Shown: positions 20,609 to 30,560, counted from the stretch's first letter. The stretch is 64,000 nucleotides of DNA from Chlorobiota bacterium (GCA_039810485.1 JBDHXA010000003.1:2446-66445), one strand, 5' to 3'. The notes: generated from the sequence alone by a model not told the origin. Numbers and translations are program-made.

Positions 20609-21300
20609 ATGCCCCACATCTATAAACACCTAGCCAAAGATCAAAAATGCGAAATAGAAATCATGCATGGGAATAAAATTTCATTACGAAACATTAAAAC
20701 AAATCTTTGCATTTCTGCATCTACACTCAGCCGTGAATTGCGCCGCAATAAAGACGAAAGAGGATTATAGGCATAAGCAAGCGCAGTCGAAATATCAAGA
20801 GCGCAACCGCCTTCAAGACAAAACCCTCAAATTCAAAGGCGAGCTACTCTCTATTGTAGAGGATCTGATATGTCTCGACTTAAGTCCTGAACAGATTTCA
20901 TACGATCTTTTGTGCATTGGCGTACGCGTCGGCCATGAGCGCATTTACTAACATAATTGGTCGGACAAAAAAGTATTAGACACATTACTTCAGCATCTTC
21001 GCCATTCGCGCAAGGAATACCGGAAAACGAGGCTATGGCAAAGAGTTTGGCAACCATGGAACCATAGCTAAATCATTATAAGCCGAAACATATTTTTGCC
21101 ATCCATATCACTTGTGGGAGCGCAGAACAAACGAGAATACAAAAGAACTAATCAGACAGTATTTACTTAAAAGCAACATCTTCAATCAGTAGAAGACTAT
21201 GATCTTACAGAGGCAATGAGACACATAGACAACCGTCCAAGGAAAATGCTTGGATGGGAAACTCCAATTCAAATATTTACAGAAAATTACAATAATGTTG
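20609..21300 (+). mobile_element. Degenerate IS30-family transposase remnant (pseudogene). It is frameshifted and the central DDE core has been lost.
   Basis: Three frames carry IS30 hallmarks in order. The first is an N-terminal HTH (ISASTLSRELRRNKDERGL, then a stop). The second carries LSPEQISYDL...VGHERIY. The third has LRHSRKEYRKTR, then a stop, then a C-terminal IDNRPRKMLGWETP that matches the IS30 C-terminal LNxRPRKxLGxKTP. About 150 aa of catalytic core are absent. Confidence 0.7.
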
Positions 21301-21339
21301 CTCTTTAGTGTTGAATCTGACTCTTCATCACATACATCA

Positions 21340-23463
21340 CTACTTTTTACGTTGTTCTGCGCCTAATTGCGATATTAAAAAGCGATGTTGAATTTCAATA
21401 TCTTCCGCTTGTTTTTCAACTGATTTTCCAGAACCGTGGCCGCTGTCAAACTCCATGTAGAGCATAATAGGATTTGTTTGAATCGGTCTGCTTTGCATTG
21501 CTGCAACAAACTTTTTTGCATGAAGAGGATCTACGCGAGAATCATTTTCACCTGCAAAAACAAACATTGACGGATAATTTACATCTTGCTTAATGTTGTG
21601 ATACGGAGAATATCGTGCAAGGTATTCAAAATTATCGCATTTGTCAGGATCTCCATATTCAGGAATCCAATAGCGGGCAATTAAAAATTTATGATAGCGC
21701 AGCATATCCAAAAGCGGAACGCCACAAATGACTGCCTTGAATAATTCAGGTCGCTGCGTAGTAATTGCTCCCATAAGCAAACCGCCATTGCTTCGGCCGG
21801 AAGCTGCCAATTTCTTTGCTGAAGTATATTTTTCGCGTATCAAATATTCCGCTGCCGCTATAAAATCATCGAATACATTTTGCTTGTTGTGAAGCATTCC
21901 ATCCCGATGCCATGTTTCTCCATATTCATTTCCGCCACGAAGTCCTGCATTTGCTACAATAAAGCCGTGATTTATTAAAAGTGAATTTATTCCTATGAAT
22001 CCCGGAGATATGCCAATATTAAAACCTCCATAACCGGTTAGTAATGTAGGATTTGAGCCATCCAGTTTAATTCCTTTTTTATAATGAATAAACAATGGTA
22101 TTTTAGTTCCGTCCTTGGAAGGATAAAATACAATGCGCGACTCGATGTCAGAGCAGTCAAGCGTCGTAGGTTCAGAATACACAAATTTCCATGTGAGTGC
22201 AGCCCCGTCTAGAGCATATAGCTTGGCCGGCGCGGTAAAAGTAGAAATCATCACATACAGAGTATTTGTTTGCTTATGATACGACATTGAAGAAACATTT
22301 CCAGTTTCAGGCAATTCGATTTGCTTCAATATTTTGCCGTCATACGTGTATGCAAACAAGCGGCTTAAAACATCCTTTTTATCTCTTGTAATAATATAAT
22401 CATTTGTAAATTCAAATTCTTCTATCACAGTGCTGCTTTCGGGAATTAGGGGCATCCAATTTTCAAATTGAGGATTTTGTGGATCTGCAACCATCAGTTT
22501 ATAATTTGGAGCTTCGCAATTTGTAAAAAAATAGAATTTTCCTTTGTGGTAAGAAGGCGAGGCGCTGTATTTATCGCTTGAAAATACCGTAATTAACGAA
22601 TCATTTGCTCCTATTTTCCTTACTTTTAACGTGCCGGAATAAAAGTCGCCTTTTCCGTAAAACGTATAATTATCAGCGACTGAATCATCATCTGTATCAA
22701 ATACATACGCATTATCTTTAGCATCGTCGGGCGCAGTTAAAAACTCAGATTGGCTTTGCGGTGTTCCAATTTTCCAGCGGTATGTTTTTAATGGTCTTTG
22801 CGCTGCAATATCTTCATTGCTTCGTTGTGTAATGTAAGAATGCTGCTCATCAAATGTCCAGCCGAACCCAAAAATATTATTTAATGGCTCTCCTAAATAT
22901 TTTCCGGTGGCAACATCAACAATATAACAAGTATTAATTTCAGCTCCTTTGTTTTGTACAGATATTGCAACACGGTCGGCTTCTCTCGTAAAGTCAATTC
23001 CTGATATGGAAGTCATTCCTGACGAGTCTAAAGATATAGGGTCAAAGAGCAATCTTGGTCCGTTAGTTTCATTTATAAACAGTTTCATTTGCTTTTCCCC
23101 TTTTTTACGGGCATAAAAGAATTCTTTTAATCCTCGAAAGAAAGGAGCAGTTCTTATGTCGCGATCTAATTCAGCCATAATTTGCTCTTTCATTCCGGGA
23201 ATGGACGGCGCTGTCTTTGCCAAATAGTCAAGAGTCGCTTGATGCTGCTTTTTCGTCCAGTCAAGAACGTCTGAACTATTCTTATCCTCAAGCCATCTGT
23301 AGTCATCTTTTACTGAATGTCCAAACAATGTTTCCACGACAGTATTTTTCTGTGTAGCAGGCGGATGGAATTTGAAAGTTGTCTTATCAATTGCTGATAA
23401 TTGCGAAGCATAATTTACTTGCATAATATATGCCATTAAAAATAGTATTATTATATATTTCAT
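21340..23463 (-). CDS. Prolyl oligopeptidase family (S9A) serine peptidase, secreted
   Basis: A signal peptide, an N-terminal beta-propeller region, and a C-terminal alpha/beta hydrolase with GRSNGGLLMGA (the Ser nucleophile) and downstream Asp/His regions. Confidence 0.8.
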   Translation of the reverse strand: MKYIIILFLMAYIMQVNYASQLSAIDKTTFKFHPPATQKNTVVETLFGHSVKDDYRWLEDKNSSDVLDWTKKQHQATLDYLAKTAPSIPGMKEQIMAELDRDIRTAPFFRGLKEFFYARKKGEKQMKLFINETNGPRLLFDPISLDSSGMTSISGIDFTREADRVAISVQNKGAEINTCYIVDVATGKYLGEPLNNIFGFGWTFDEQHSYITQRSNEDIAAQRPLKTYRWKIGTPQSQSEFLTAPDDAKDNAYVFDTDDDSVADNYTFYGKGDFYSGTLKVRKIGANDSLITVFSSDKYSASPSYHKGKFYFFTNCEAPNYKLMVADPQNPQFENWMPLIPESSTVIEEFEFTNDYIITRDKKDVLSRLFAYTYDGKILKQIELPETGNVSSMSYHKQTNTLYVMISTFTAPAKLYALDGAALTWKFVYSEPTTLDCSDIESRIVFYPSKDGTKIPLFIHYKKGIKLDGSNPTLLTGYGGFNIGISPGFIGINSLLINHGFIVANAGLRGGNEYGETWHRDGMLHNKQNVFDDFIAAAEYLIREKYTSAKKLAASGRSNGGLLMGAITTQRPELFKAVICGVPLLDMLRYHKFLIARYWIPEYGDPDKCDNFEYLARYSPYHNIKQDVNYPSMFVFAGENDSRVDPLHAKKFVAAMQSRPIQTNPIMLYMEFDSGHGSGKSVEKQAEDIEIQHRFLISQLGAEQRKK

Positions 23464-23683
23464 TTTATTTCTTTATTTAACAAGAAGGCAGAATTGTATT
23501 TTGTTGCAATCATATTGCTGCAGCACTTGCAGTAATAACAAACATTTGAATTGCAATGATATGATTACAATTAAAATTTATGTTTATTTTCCATTCAAGA
23601 TTATATCAATCAATTTATGCAAAGCAAACAGCAAATATTAGAATATAAGTGTTATTTTTGATTTGTAGACAGTTGTTGTTTTA

Positions 23684-24406
23684 TCAAATATTTATAGTTG
23701 TTAAATATCTGTAATCTTTCAGAACATTTTCGATAAATTCTTTTGAATTATGCTGTTTTTCAACTTCTAACAAAGCACTTACTTTTTCTGCGAGAGTTTC
23801 AAGCAAAGCAGTATTATTCTGCTGAATTGCCATGTTTAGCGCATCGCTAATTATAGCTGCATCCGCATCGCTCAGTCGAATTGCTTGTAAATATAAAGGC
23901 GTATAGTTAACTTGCGTTTCAATAGGAGTAAAATTATCTAATTTTGATTGATTGCGAAGTTTGACTACGCATGTTCCGGCTGCAATATCTCCTAATCTCT
24001 GCCCTTTGCCTCCTGCGGCAATGACAATAATGGCAAGTACGCCCGAACTAAGCGTTATGTCGGCAAGACGAAGAAGCCAACGGAGCAGATACGCGCCTAT
24101 TCCAGGTTGCGAACCATCGAGCATGACGACTTTTATGCTCAATAATTTTTTTCCAACGCTTTGACCGTCAGTATAATATTCAAACAGCAAGTCAAAAAGT
24201 AAGGCAGGAATCATGAAAATGAGGCCATAAATATTTAGGTTTGTCAAAAGCGTTAAATAATTCAATATAATCAAGACAACTATCACATAACCTATCAATA
24301 CAATCCAGTCGAGAAGATATGCCGCAATGCGGTCGCTTATGCTGGCGGTTTCATATTGAATGGTAACATTTTGCGCAGTTTGTATATTTATATATTCCAT
24401 AAACAA
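23684..24406 (-). CDS. RDD family membrane protein
   Basis: SISDRIAAYLLDWIVLIGYVIV is the RDD N-terminal motif, with TM helices. It is divergent from the following cluster. Confidence 0.6.
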   Translation of the reverse strand: MFMEYINIQTAQNVTIQYETASISDRIAAYLLDWIVLIGYVIVVLIILNYLTLLTNLNIYGLIFMIPALLFDLLFEYYTDGQSVGKKLLSIKVVMLDGSQPGIGAYLLRWLLRLADITLSSGVLAIIVIAAGGKGQRLGDIAAGTCVVKLRNQSKLDNFTPIETQVNYTPLYLQAIRLSDADAAIISDALNMAIQQNNTALLETLAEKVSALLEVEKQHNSKEFIENVLKDYRYLTTINI

Positions 24407-24420
24407 AGAATACTATTGCA

Positions 24421-25386
24421 ATGAAAGAAGCGGCTTTTGTGGAGCAAAATAGAAATCAATGGAAGCAATTTCAAGATTTAGCTGCTGAAAAGAATAATGC
24501 TGATCCGGACAGATTAGCCGAATTATTCATTCGCATTACGGATGATTTGTCCTATTCTCGAACTTTTTATCCAAAGAGCAAAACTACGAAATATCTGAAC
24601 ACAATAGCAGCTTCGCTTCATAATAGAATTTACCGCAATCGCAAAGAAAACAAAGGACGCTTGAGAAGATTTTGGCTGTTTGAACTGCCTTTGGAATTTG
24701 CGTCAGCGCGCCGTCAGATACTTCTTTCGTTTGTAATTTTTGTCGTTTCTATGCTTATAGGCATTGTGTCATCAGCGTATGACGACACTTTTGTGCGACT
24801 TATACTTGGTGATTCATACGTAAATATGACGTTAGCGAATATCGAGAAAGGCGATCCGATGGCTGTGTATAAAAGCATGAATGAAACTGACATGTTTTTT
24901 GGCATAACTTTCAATAATATCCGCGTTTCTTTTATAACATTTATAGGCGGTGCACTGATTTCTATTGGTGCCGTATACTCCTTGTTTCTAAATGGGCTAA
25001 TGCTGGGAGCGTTCCAATATTTTTTTGTTGCTCATGGGTTGTTTTGGGATTCAGCAAAAGTTATCTGGATACATGGCACAATCGAGATTAGCTCCATTAT
25101 TATTGCAGGCGCAGCCGGCTTGACTATGGGCAATGCACTCCTCTTTCCCGGAACTTTTACAAGATTCCAGAGTTTTCGGCAAGGCGCATATCGAGGATTA
25201 AAATTAGCGGTTGGTCTCGTACCGCTTTTTATTGTTGCTGGATTTTTGGAGTCATTTGTAACTCGCTATGCCTCTATGCCATGGCCATTGAGCTTGCTCA
25301 TAATTGGAAGTTCGGCAATAGGAGTTATTTATTATATAATTGTTTACCCAATCATTTTAACTAGAAAGAACTATGGAAACCCTTGA
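24421..25386 (+). CDS. SpoIIM-like / DUF95 family integral membrane protein
   Basis: The multi-TM topology and the conserved core FITFIGGALISIGAVYSLFLNGLMLGAF...IHGTIEISSIIIAGAAGL are typical of DUF95. Confidence 0.55.
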   Translation: MKEAAFVEQNRNQWKQFQDLAAEKNNADPDRLAELFIRITDDLSYSRTFYPKSKTTKYLNTIAASLHNRIYRNRKENKGRLRRFWLFELPLEFASARRQILLSFVIFVVSMLIGIVSSAYDDTFVRLILGDSYVNMTLANIEKGDPMAVYKSMNETDMFFGITFNNIRVSFITFIGGALISIGAVYSLFLNGLMLGAFQYFFVAHGLFWDSAKVIWIHGTIEISSIIIAGAAGLTMGNALLFPGTFTRFQSFRQGAYRGLKLAVGLVPLFIVAGFLESFVTRYASMPWPLSLLIIGSSAIGVIYYIIVYPIILTRKNYGNP

Positions 25387-26266
25387 ATTTCGAAAAAAAC
25401 GAGAAATCGGTGAGATTATCAACGGAACATTTGCATTTTTACGTCAAAATTGGAAACCACTCGGCAAATCTGTATTTATTTACGCAGCTCCTTTTGCATT
25501 CCTTGGAGGAGCTTTTGGCGGACTTGGACAATCGAGCATTCCATTATTAGGCAAAGGCGATGAAAATGCGATAGTCGAGGAGTTGCCTTATATATTAGGC
25601 AATTTTTCTCTTCTTGGAGTATTTTTGCTTGCATCGTCAGTTATGATGAGCGGGGTTGTATATCAATATATAAAGCTATACATAGAAAAGAACGGCAGGC
25701 AAAGCTCGACGCAAGAAATTTGGGAGGCAATGCGCCCCAATCTTGCAGGCTACTTTGGTTATATGTTTGTCGCATATTTATGCATAATTATCGGCTTTAT
25801 ATTTTGCATTATTCCGGGAATTTATTTAGCAATTCCGCTCACAATGATTCTTGCCGTAAAAACGTTTGATAATTTATCTTTAAGCCAGTCTTTTAATCGC
25901 TGCTTCTATTTAGTTAATAATTATTGGTGGAAAACATTCTTAGTCCTTTTTGTTGTTAATCTTATAGTCGGAATAGCAGGCGGAATTGCTTCTCTCCCAA
26001 CATCAATTATTTCAACAACAATCAATTTAACCAGTTTACAACAAGGTGAAGATGCAGGATATATAGCTAAAATACTATTAGTTTCTTCTTCAGTTCTTAG
26101 CTATGGCATTTCTTCTCTGTTAGGCGTAGTAACGATAACTGCCACTAGCTTGCAATATTTTAATTTGGCCGAGATAAAAGAAGGTGTTGGCTCAATGCAG
26201 AAATTAGAGCAGCTTGGAAGAGCAAATGAGCCGGCTAATGAGGACGATTTTAAAGAAACGTATTAA
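25373..26266 (+). CDS. Hypothetical polytopic membrane protein
   Basis: It overlaps the upstream gene by 14 nt and has at least four predicted TM segments. No recognised domain. Confidence 0.45.
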   Translation: METLEFRKKREIGEIINGTFAFLRQNWKPLGKSVFIYAAPFAFLGGAFGGLGQSSIPLLGKGDENAIVEELPYILGNFSLLGVFLLASSVMMSGVVYQYIKLYIEKNGRQSSTQEIWEAMRPNLAGYFGYMFVAYLCIIIGFIFCIIPGIYLAIPLTMILAVKTFDNLSLSQSFNRCFYLVNNYWWKTFLVLFVVNLIVGIAGGIASLPTSIISTTINLTSLQQGEDAGYIAKILLVSSSVLSYGISSLLGVVTITATSLQYFNLAEIKEGVGSMQKLEQLGRANEPANEDDFKETY

Positions 26267-26285
26267 CTAACTGTTTTATATTACA

Positions 26286-27158
26286 TTGCAACATTTTGCA
26301 CGATATACATTCTTTGTTTTTATTGTAGTTTTGCTAACAATTTCGAGTCGAGCGCAACAGCCCGAAGCGGAAAGTATTGCCGATACAACCGAGAATATAG
26401 AAAGCTCACAATCCATAGATGAGTATGAAAATAATTCGAATAATTTCAACACTCTATATTTTTCAGCAATAAAAGATACAGCTGCTCTAAAAATCAGAAC
26501 GTTGAACGATTCGGCATTTATAGCATTTCGAAGTAATCCAGAGTTTGATTACTCTAAAAATATTCCGCAAAGCGTAACATGGTGGAATTTGCTCAAAGAA
26601 TGGTTTTTTTCTTTGATAAGAGGTCTGATTAGCAAAGATATCATTCTAAAAGCTTGGGGATTGGCACGTTACTTAATCATTGCAGCTGCTGTTTTGGCTG
26701 TTGTATTATTATTTACGAGAACAGGAATTCGCGCATTATTTTCTCGATCTCCAACCGCAGCGCCGACATTTGATATTATTTCCGAAGATATACATGAGGT
26801 TGATTTTCCTGCTGAAATTGCTCGCGCTGCAGAGCAAGGCAATTACCGAATTGCTGTTCGGTTTATGTATCTGCAAACGCTGAAACGTCTTTCAGACGCA
26901 GAAATTATATCGTGGGAATCAGATAAAACAAATCGCGATTATGCAATAGAAATACTAAATTCAAGACCGTATTTGTCCGAGTATTTTAAAATTGTTACAA
27001 TTATTTTTGAACATGTCCAATATGGCAAATATACATTGGACGAATCCGAATATTCACGCATATCATCTAGCTTTGAAGAATTTGCAAATGCTCTGTATTC
27101 TTCTAAAATAAAAGGAATGAATTTAAATGCGAACTATGTTAAGGAGCCGGCAACATGA
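26286..27158 (+). CDS. DUF4129 domain-containing membrane protein
   Basis: A signal peptide, a central TM helix, and a C-terminal GNYRIAVRFMYLQTLKRLSDAEIISWESDKTNRDY that matches the DUF4129 consensus (...YR.A.R..Y...L..L......I.w...kTnrEY). Confidence 0.55.
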   Translation: MQHFARYTFFVFIVVLLTISSRAQQPEAESIADTTENIESSQSIDEYENNSNNFNTLYFSAIKDTAALKIRTLNDSAFIAFRSNPEFDYSKNIPQSVTWWNLLKEWFFSLIRGLISKDIILKAWGLARYLIIAAAVLAVVLLFTRTGIRALFSRSPTAAPTFDIISEDIHEVDFPAEIARAAEQGNYRIAVRFMYLQTLKRLSDAEIISWESDKTNRDYAIEILNSRPYLSEYFKIVTIIFEHVQYGKYTLDESEYSRISSSFEEFANALYSSKIKGMNLNANYVKEPAT

Positions 27159-28336
27159 AAGCTTCTACAAAATTCCTGATATTTTTTGCGGCAGTTGCTC
27201 TGTTGATGCTGCTAGCCCAATTGTTTAAACCACAACCTATTAATTGGCGGCTAACATTTTCAAAAAATGATAAAATACCGTATGGAAATTATGCACTTTT
27301 TTCACTTCTACCCGAAATATTTCCACACAGCGTCATTGAATTTTCTGAAGAGCCAATATATAACTTTACTAAAAACAAAAAATATAATAAATCTTCATAT
27401 ATCATTATTACTGAAAACTTTCAGCTGGATACTTTAGATCGCGCTTCATTGTTTAACTTTGTATCGGAAGGCAATTCAGCGTTTATCGCCGCCGAATCAT
27501 TTGATTTACTGTTTAAAGATACTCTCGGATTTTCTACAACCTTTTTATTGAGCGCTCTAAGCGAACTTAATGACACTTGTCGATTATCATTGCTAAATCC
27601 TATATTTGACACTGCTCAGCATTTTTCATTTCAAACTGCCGCTGCTCATTACTATTTTTCTTTATTCGACTCAACACGAACTATAGCACTCGGTAAAAAT
27701 TCGGAAAATTATTTAACATTTATTTCCGTGTCTTTCGGCAAAGGAAAATTCTTTATCAGCACAACTCCAAAAATATTTACTAATTATTATTTTTTAAATA
27801 CAAACTCGATGCCATATATAACTGATGCACTTTCATATCTTTCAGATGGTGTCATAATTTGGGATGATTATTATAATAGCGGAAGAACATGGGCGCAAAC
27901 GCCATTACGATTTATTCTGTCCAATAAAAGCTTGAGAATTGCGTGGTACATTATTTTAATTGGAATTATATTATTTATTGTTTTTCGTGCAAAGCGTCGC
28001 CAGCGCATCATTCCCATCATCAAACCACCGGCTAATGATACATTAGAATTTGCAAAAACAATAGGTCGCCTATACTACGAACAAAAAAACAATCGTATTA
28101 TTGCCGAAAAACGAATTCTATATTTGATCGATTTTATACGTATGCGCTTCAATATTTCAGTTTCAGAATTTGACGATGATGTTTTGAAAAGATTGATCGA
28201 AAAGACAGAGATTGACAGAAAAATAATTGAAGATTTATTTGCGTCTATTCGCCAAGCACTAAGCAACAAGGAAGTTAACGATGAGACAATAATGATTCTA
28301 AATCAAAGAATCGAGAATTTTTACGAGCTAATTTGA
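27155..28336 (+). CDS. DUF4350-like membrane-anchored protein
   Basis: ATGA start/stop overlap with the upstream gene. An N-terminal TM segment followed by a PYGNYALFSLL motif, a second TM near residue 255, and a Lys/Arg-rich segment after the TM. Confidence 0.45.
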   Translation: MKASTKFLIFFAAVALLMLLAQLFKPQPINWRLTFSKNDKIPYGNYALFSLLPEIFPHSVIEFSEEPIYNFTKNKKYNKSSYIIITENFQLDTLDRASLFNFVSEGNSAFIAAESFDLLFKDTLGFSTTFLLSALSELNDTCRLSLLNPIFDTAQHFSFQTAAAHYYFSLFDSTRTIALGKNSENYLTFISVSFGKGKFFISTTPKIFTNYYFLNTNSMPYITDALSYLSDGVIIWDDYYNSGRTWAQTPLRFILSNKSLRIAWYIILIGIILFIVFRAKRRQRIIPIIKPPANDTLEFAKTIGRLYYEQKNNRIIAEKRILYLIDFIRMRFNISVSEFDDDVLKRLIEKTEIDRKIIEDLFASIRQALSNKEVNDETIMILNQRIENFYELI

Positions 28337-28379
28337 TAATATAACCCATATAGAACTCGCAATACTTCATACTAGAATT

Positions 28380-29204
28380 TTGTTGCAGATTAGAGAAAAT
28401 CTTGCCGTGACATTAAAAAACGAACAGATTGCTGATCCTCAAGAACTTGCAGAAGCATGGGAATCATATTTGTCGAAAAAAGATATTGAATCGCGCAACG
28501 TTCTAGTCACACACTATTTATGGCTTGTTCGCTATGTACTGAATGGAATGCGCCTTCCAAGCTATTCAGTGCTTTCGGACGATGATTTTAAGGGTTTTGG
28601 TATTATTGGCTTGCATGAAGCTCTTGAGCGTTTCGAATCTTCTCGCGGTTTAAAATTTGAAACTTTCGCGTATCATCGAATTAAAGGAGTGGTTCTAGAT
28701 GAAATGCGGCGTCTTGACTGGCTTTCACGCACGGCACGTCGCAGAGCACAGGAGTTTTTCGACACTTCAGTTAAACTGCAAAGTGAAATAGGGCGAGAGG
28801 CAACTTCTGAAGAAATACGTTTGCGCATAGGAGCGACAAACCAAGAGTACAACGACTATTTAGCAGCTGTTGCGGCTGCAACAGTTTCATTTGAAATCAG
28901 CGATTTGCAACCGACGCCCTTTGGTGATGAAGATTCGGTTATTCGCGAAATTGCCGACCCAGATTGGCGCAATATGCTTGTAGAATTGGCAAATGAAGAA
29001 CGCATGGAATTTTTGACCGGATACTTAGACAAGCTTCCAGAAAACAAACGTTTGGTAATGATGCTTTATTACTACGAGGAACTGACTTTAAAAGAAATTG
29101 GCAATGTGCTAGGCGTTACTGAAAGCCGCGTTTGCCAAATACATGCTACTATTATAAAAGATCTTCGTGAGCGCTTCCGAACACTCGAATTTACTGAGCG
29201 ATAA
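28380..29204 (+). CDS. RNA polymerase sigma factor, sigma-70 family, FliA/WhiG (sigma-28) subgroup
   Basis: Region 2.x (YHRIKGVVLDEMRRLDW) and region 4 (LTLKEIGNVLGVTESRVCQIHATIIKDLRE) resemble FliA. Confidence 0.65.
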   Translation: MLQIRENLAVTLKNEQIADPQELAEAWESYLSKKDIESRNVLVTHYLWLVRYVLNGMRLPSYSVLSDDDFKGFGIIGLHEALERFESSRGLKFETFAYHRIKGVVLDEMRRLDWLSRTARRRAQEFFDTSVKLQSEIGREATSEEIRLRIGATNQEYNDYLAAVAAATVSFEISDLQPTPFGDEDSVIREIADPDWRNMLVELANEERMEFLTGYLDKLPENKRLVMMLYYYEELTLKEIGNVLGVTESRVCQIHATIIKDLRERFRTLEFTER

Positions 29205-30099
29205 AGTTCTTAACACATTGGAGAACCTGCGCGAGCTGCCCTCAATTCCGGCAGTGGCTGCTGCTGTGCTTAGCGCCATAGAAGATCCTGATTTGAGTGC
29301 ATCTTCTATTTCGAGATTAATCGAACGAGATCCTGCTCTCACAGCCCGAACGCTTGCAGTGGCAAATTCGCCGTTTTACGGCTTTGTTCGTCGTATTTCT
29401 ACGGTGGAACTTGCAGTAGTTATGCTTGGCGTAAGTACTATGAAAGAAATTGTGCTAAGTGTTATTCTACAAAGGATTTTCACACGAATTCGACCTGCAT
29501 TGTTAGATGTTCGCACTTTTTGGCGCTATTCTGTATATTGCGGCACAACTGCCCGAACTCTTGCTAGAAAATTAGGTTATAGAGTTGCAGGTGAAGCTTT
29601 TGTGGCCGGACTAATTCACGATATAGGCGTTCTTATAGAAGCGCAGTTTTTTCCAAAAGAATTTGAGCAAGTGCGCGAATTGCAAGCAACTGCGTCGTGC
29701 TCTTTTATTGAAGCCGAGCTTGAAGTATTCAATGCTGCCCATACTCATTTAGGCGCATGGTTTGCATCCAAATGGCAGCTGCCTCATCAACTGATTAATG
29801 CTATTTATTGGCATCATACACCTTCGCCACCTGAAACTGCATTTGCTCCAATAGCAAGCACTAAAGACAGTGAAACCGCTCAACCATTAACAGCAATGGT
29901 TGCTTTATCTGAATTTTTTGCTGCTGATATGGGCTTTAAATCATGGGCTGCCGAGGATGTTGAGTCACCTTTGTATTTGCCAGATGATTTGCTAGAACTT
30001 TTACGGTCAAATCCATTGATGGACTCTGAAGACAGCATAGAAGCGCTCCGAAATAATCTTAGAGAGGAATATGAACTGGCAGTTCAATTTTTTGGTTGA
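29167..30099 (+). CDS. HDOD domain protein
   Basis: LPSIPAVAAAVLSAIEDPDLSASSISRLIERDPALTARTLAVANSPFYGF...VELAVVMLGV is a classic HDOD N-terminal half. The start is uncertain: GTG at 29167 overlaps the sigma gene, and the alternative is TTG at 29218. Confidence 0.75.
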   Translation: MSASEHSNLLSDKVLNTLENLRELPSIPAVAAAVLSAIEDPDLSASSISRLIERDPALTARTLAVANSPFYGFVRRISTVELAVVMLGVSTMKEIVLSVILQRIFTRIRPALLDVRTFWRYSVYCGTTARTLARKLGYRVAGEAFVAGLIHDIGVLIEAQFFPKEFEQVRELQATASCSFIEAELEVFNAAHTHLGAWFASKWQLPHQLINAIYWHHTPSPPETAFAPIASTKDSETAQPLTAMVALSEFFAADMGFKSWAAEDVESPLYLPDDLLELLRSNPLMDSEDSIEALRNNLREEYELAVQFFG

Positions 30100-30120
30100 T
30101 TATACTACAGTTTAAATAGT

Positions 30121-30441
30121 GTGCCTTCACACTCTATATTAAAGTCAATTGCAACAACACAAACTTATACATTTGAAACCCTACATGTGATAATGGAAAA
30201 AGATATTAATATATTCTCCGCTGACAATCTTGTGGCACAAGCAGCAATCACTCCGCTGATAAATGGCTATCATGCTTTACAATTTTATGTTACAAATAAC
30301 GGACAGCTTGCAAAAGAACGAACAGATACGTTAGGCCTATTTTATCTTTCGCCTTCTGGCGGCGCTTTGCGCGATGAAAAAATGAATATTGTTCTCTATA
30401 GTGCAAGATACGATAAATTCAAAGGATACGGCAAAGCATAA
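30121..30441 (+). CDS. Hypothetical protein (106 aa)
   Basis: An ORF with coding-like composition immediately downstream of the HDOD gene. It has a weak D/NxSxxG-like segment (LSPSGGAL) but lacks the RxxxR motif of a bona fide PilZ domain. Confidence 0.35.
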   Translation: MPSHSILKSIATTQTYTFETLHVIMEKDINIFSADNLVAQAAITPLINGYHALQFYVTNNGQLAKERTDTLGLFYLSPSGGALRDEKMNIVLYSARYDKFKGYGKA

Positions 30442-30560
30442 TTTTCACATTTTTAATACAATTGCTGGCAATTTATATCTGCATCATACAGAATTTTATT
30501 ATTCTATTATTTCTACTGCATTAAATGACATTTGCAATATTCTGTTGTTATTTGATTCTT

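Noticed and set aside
30121-30441. Calling the 106-aa ORF a PilZ-domain protein
   Set aside because: Only a weak (D/N)xSxxG-like stretch is present. The upstream RxxxR motif is absent, so it is left as hypothetical.
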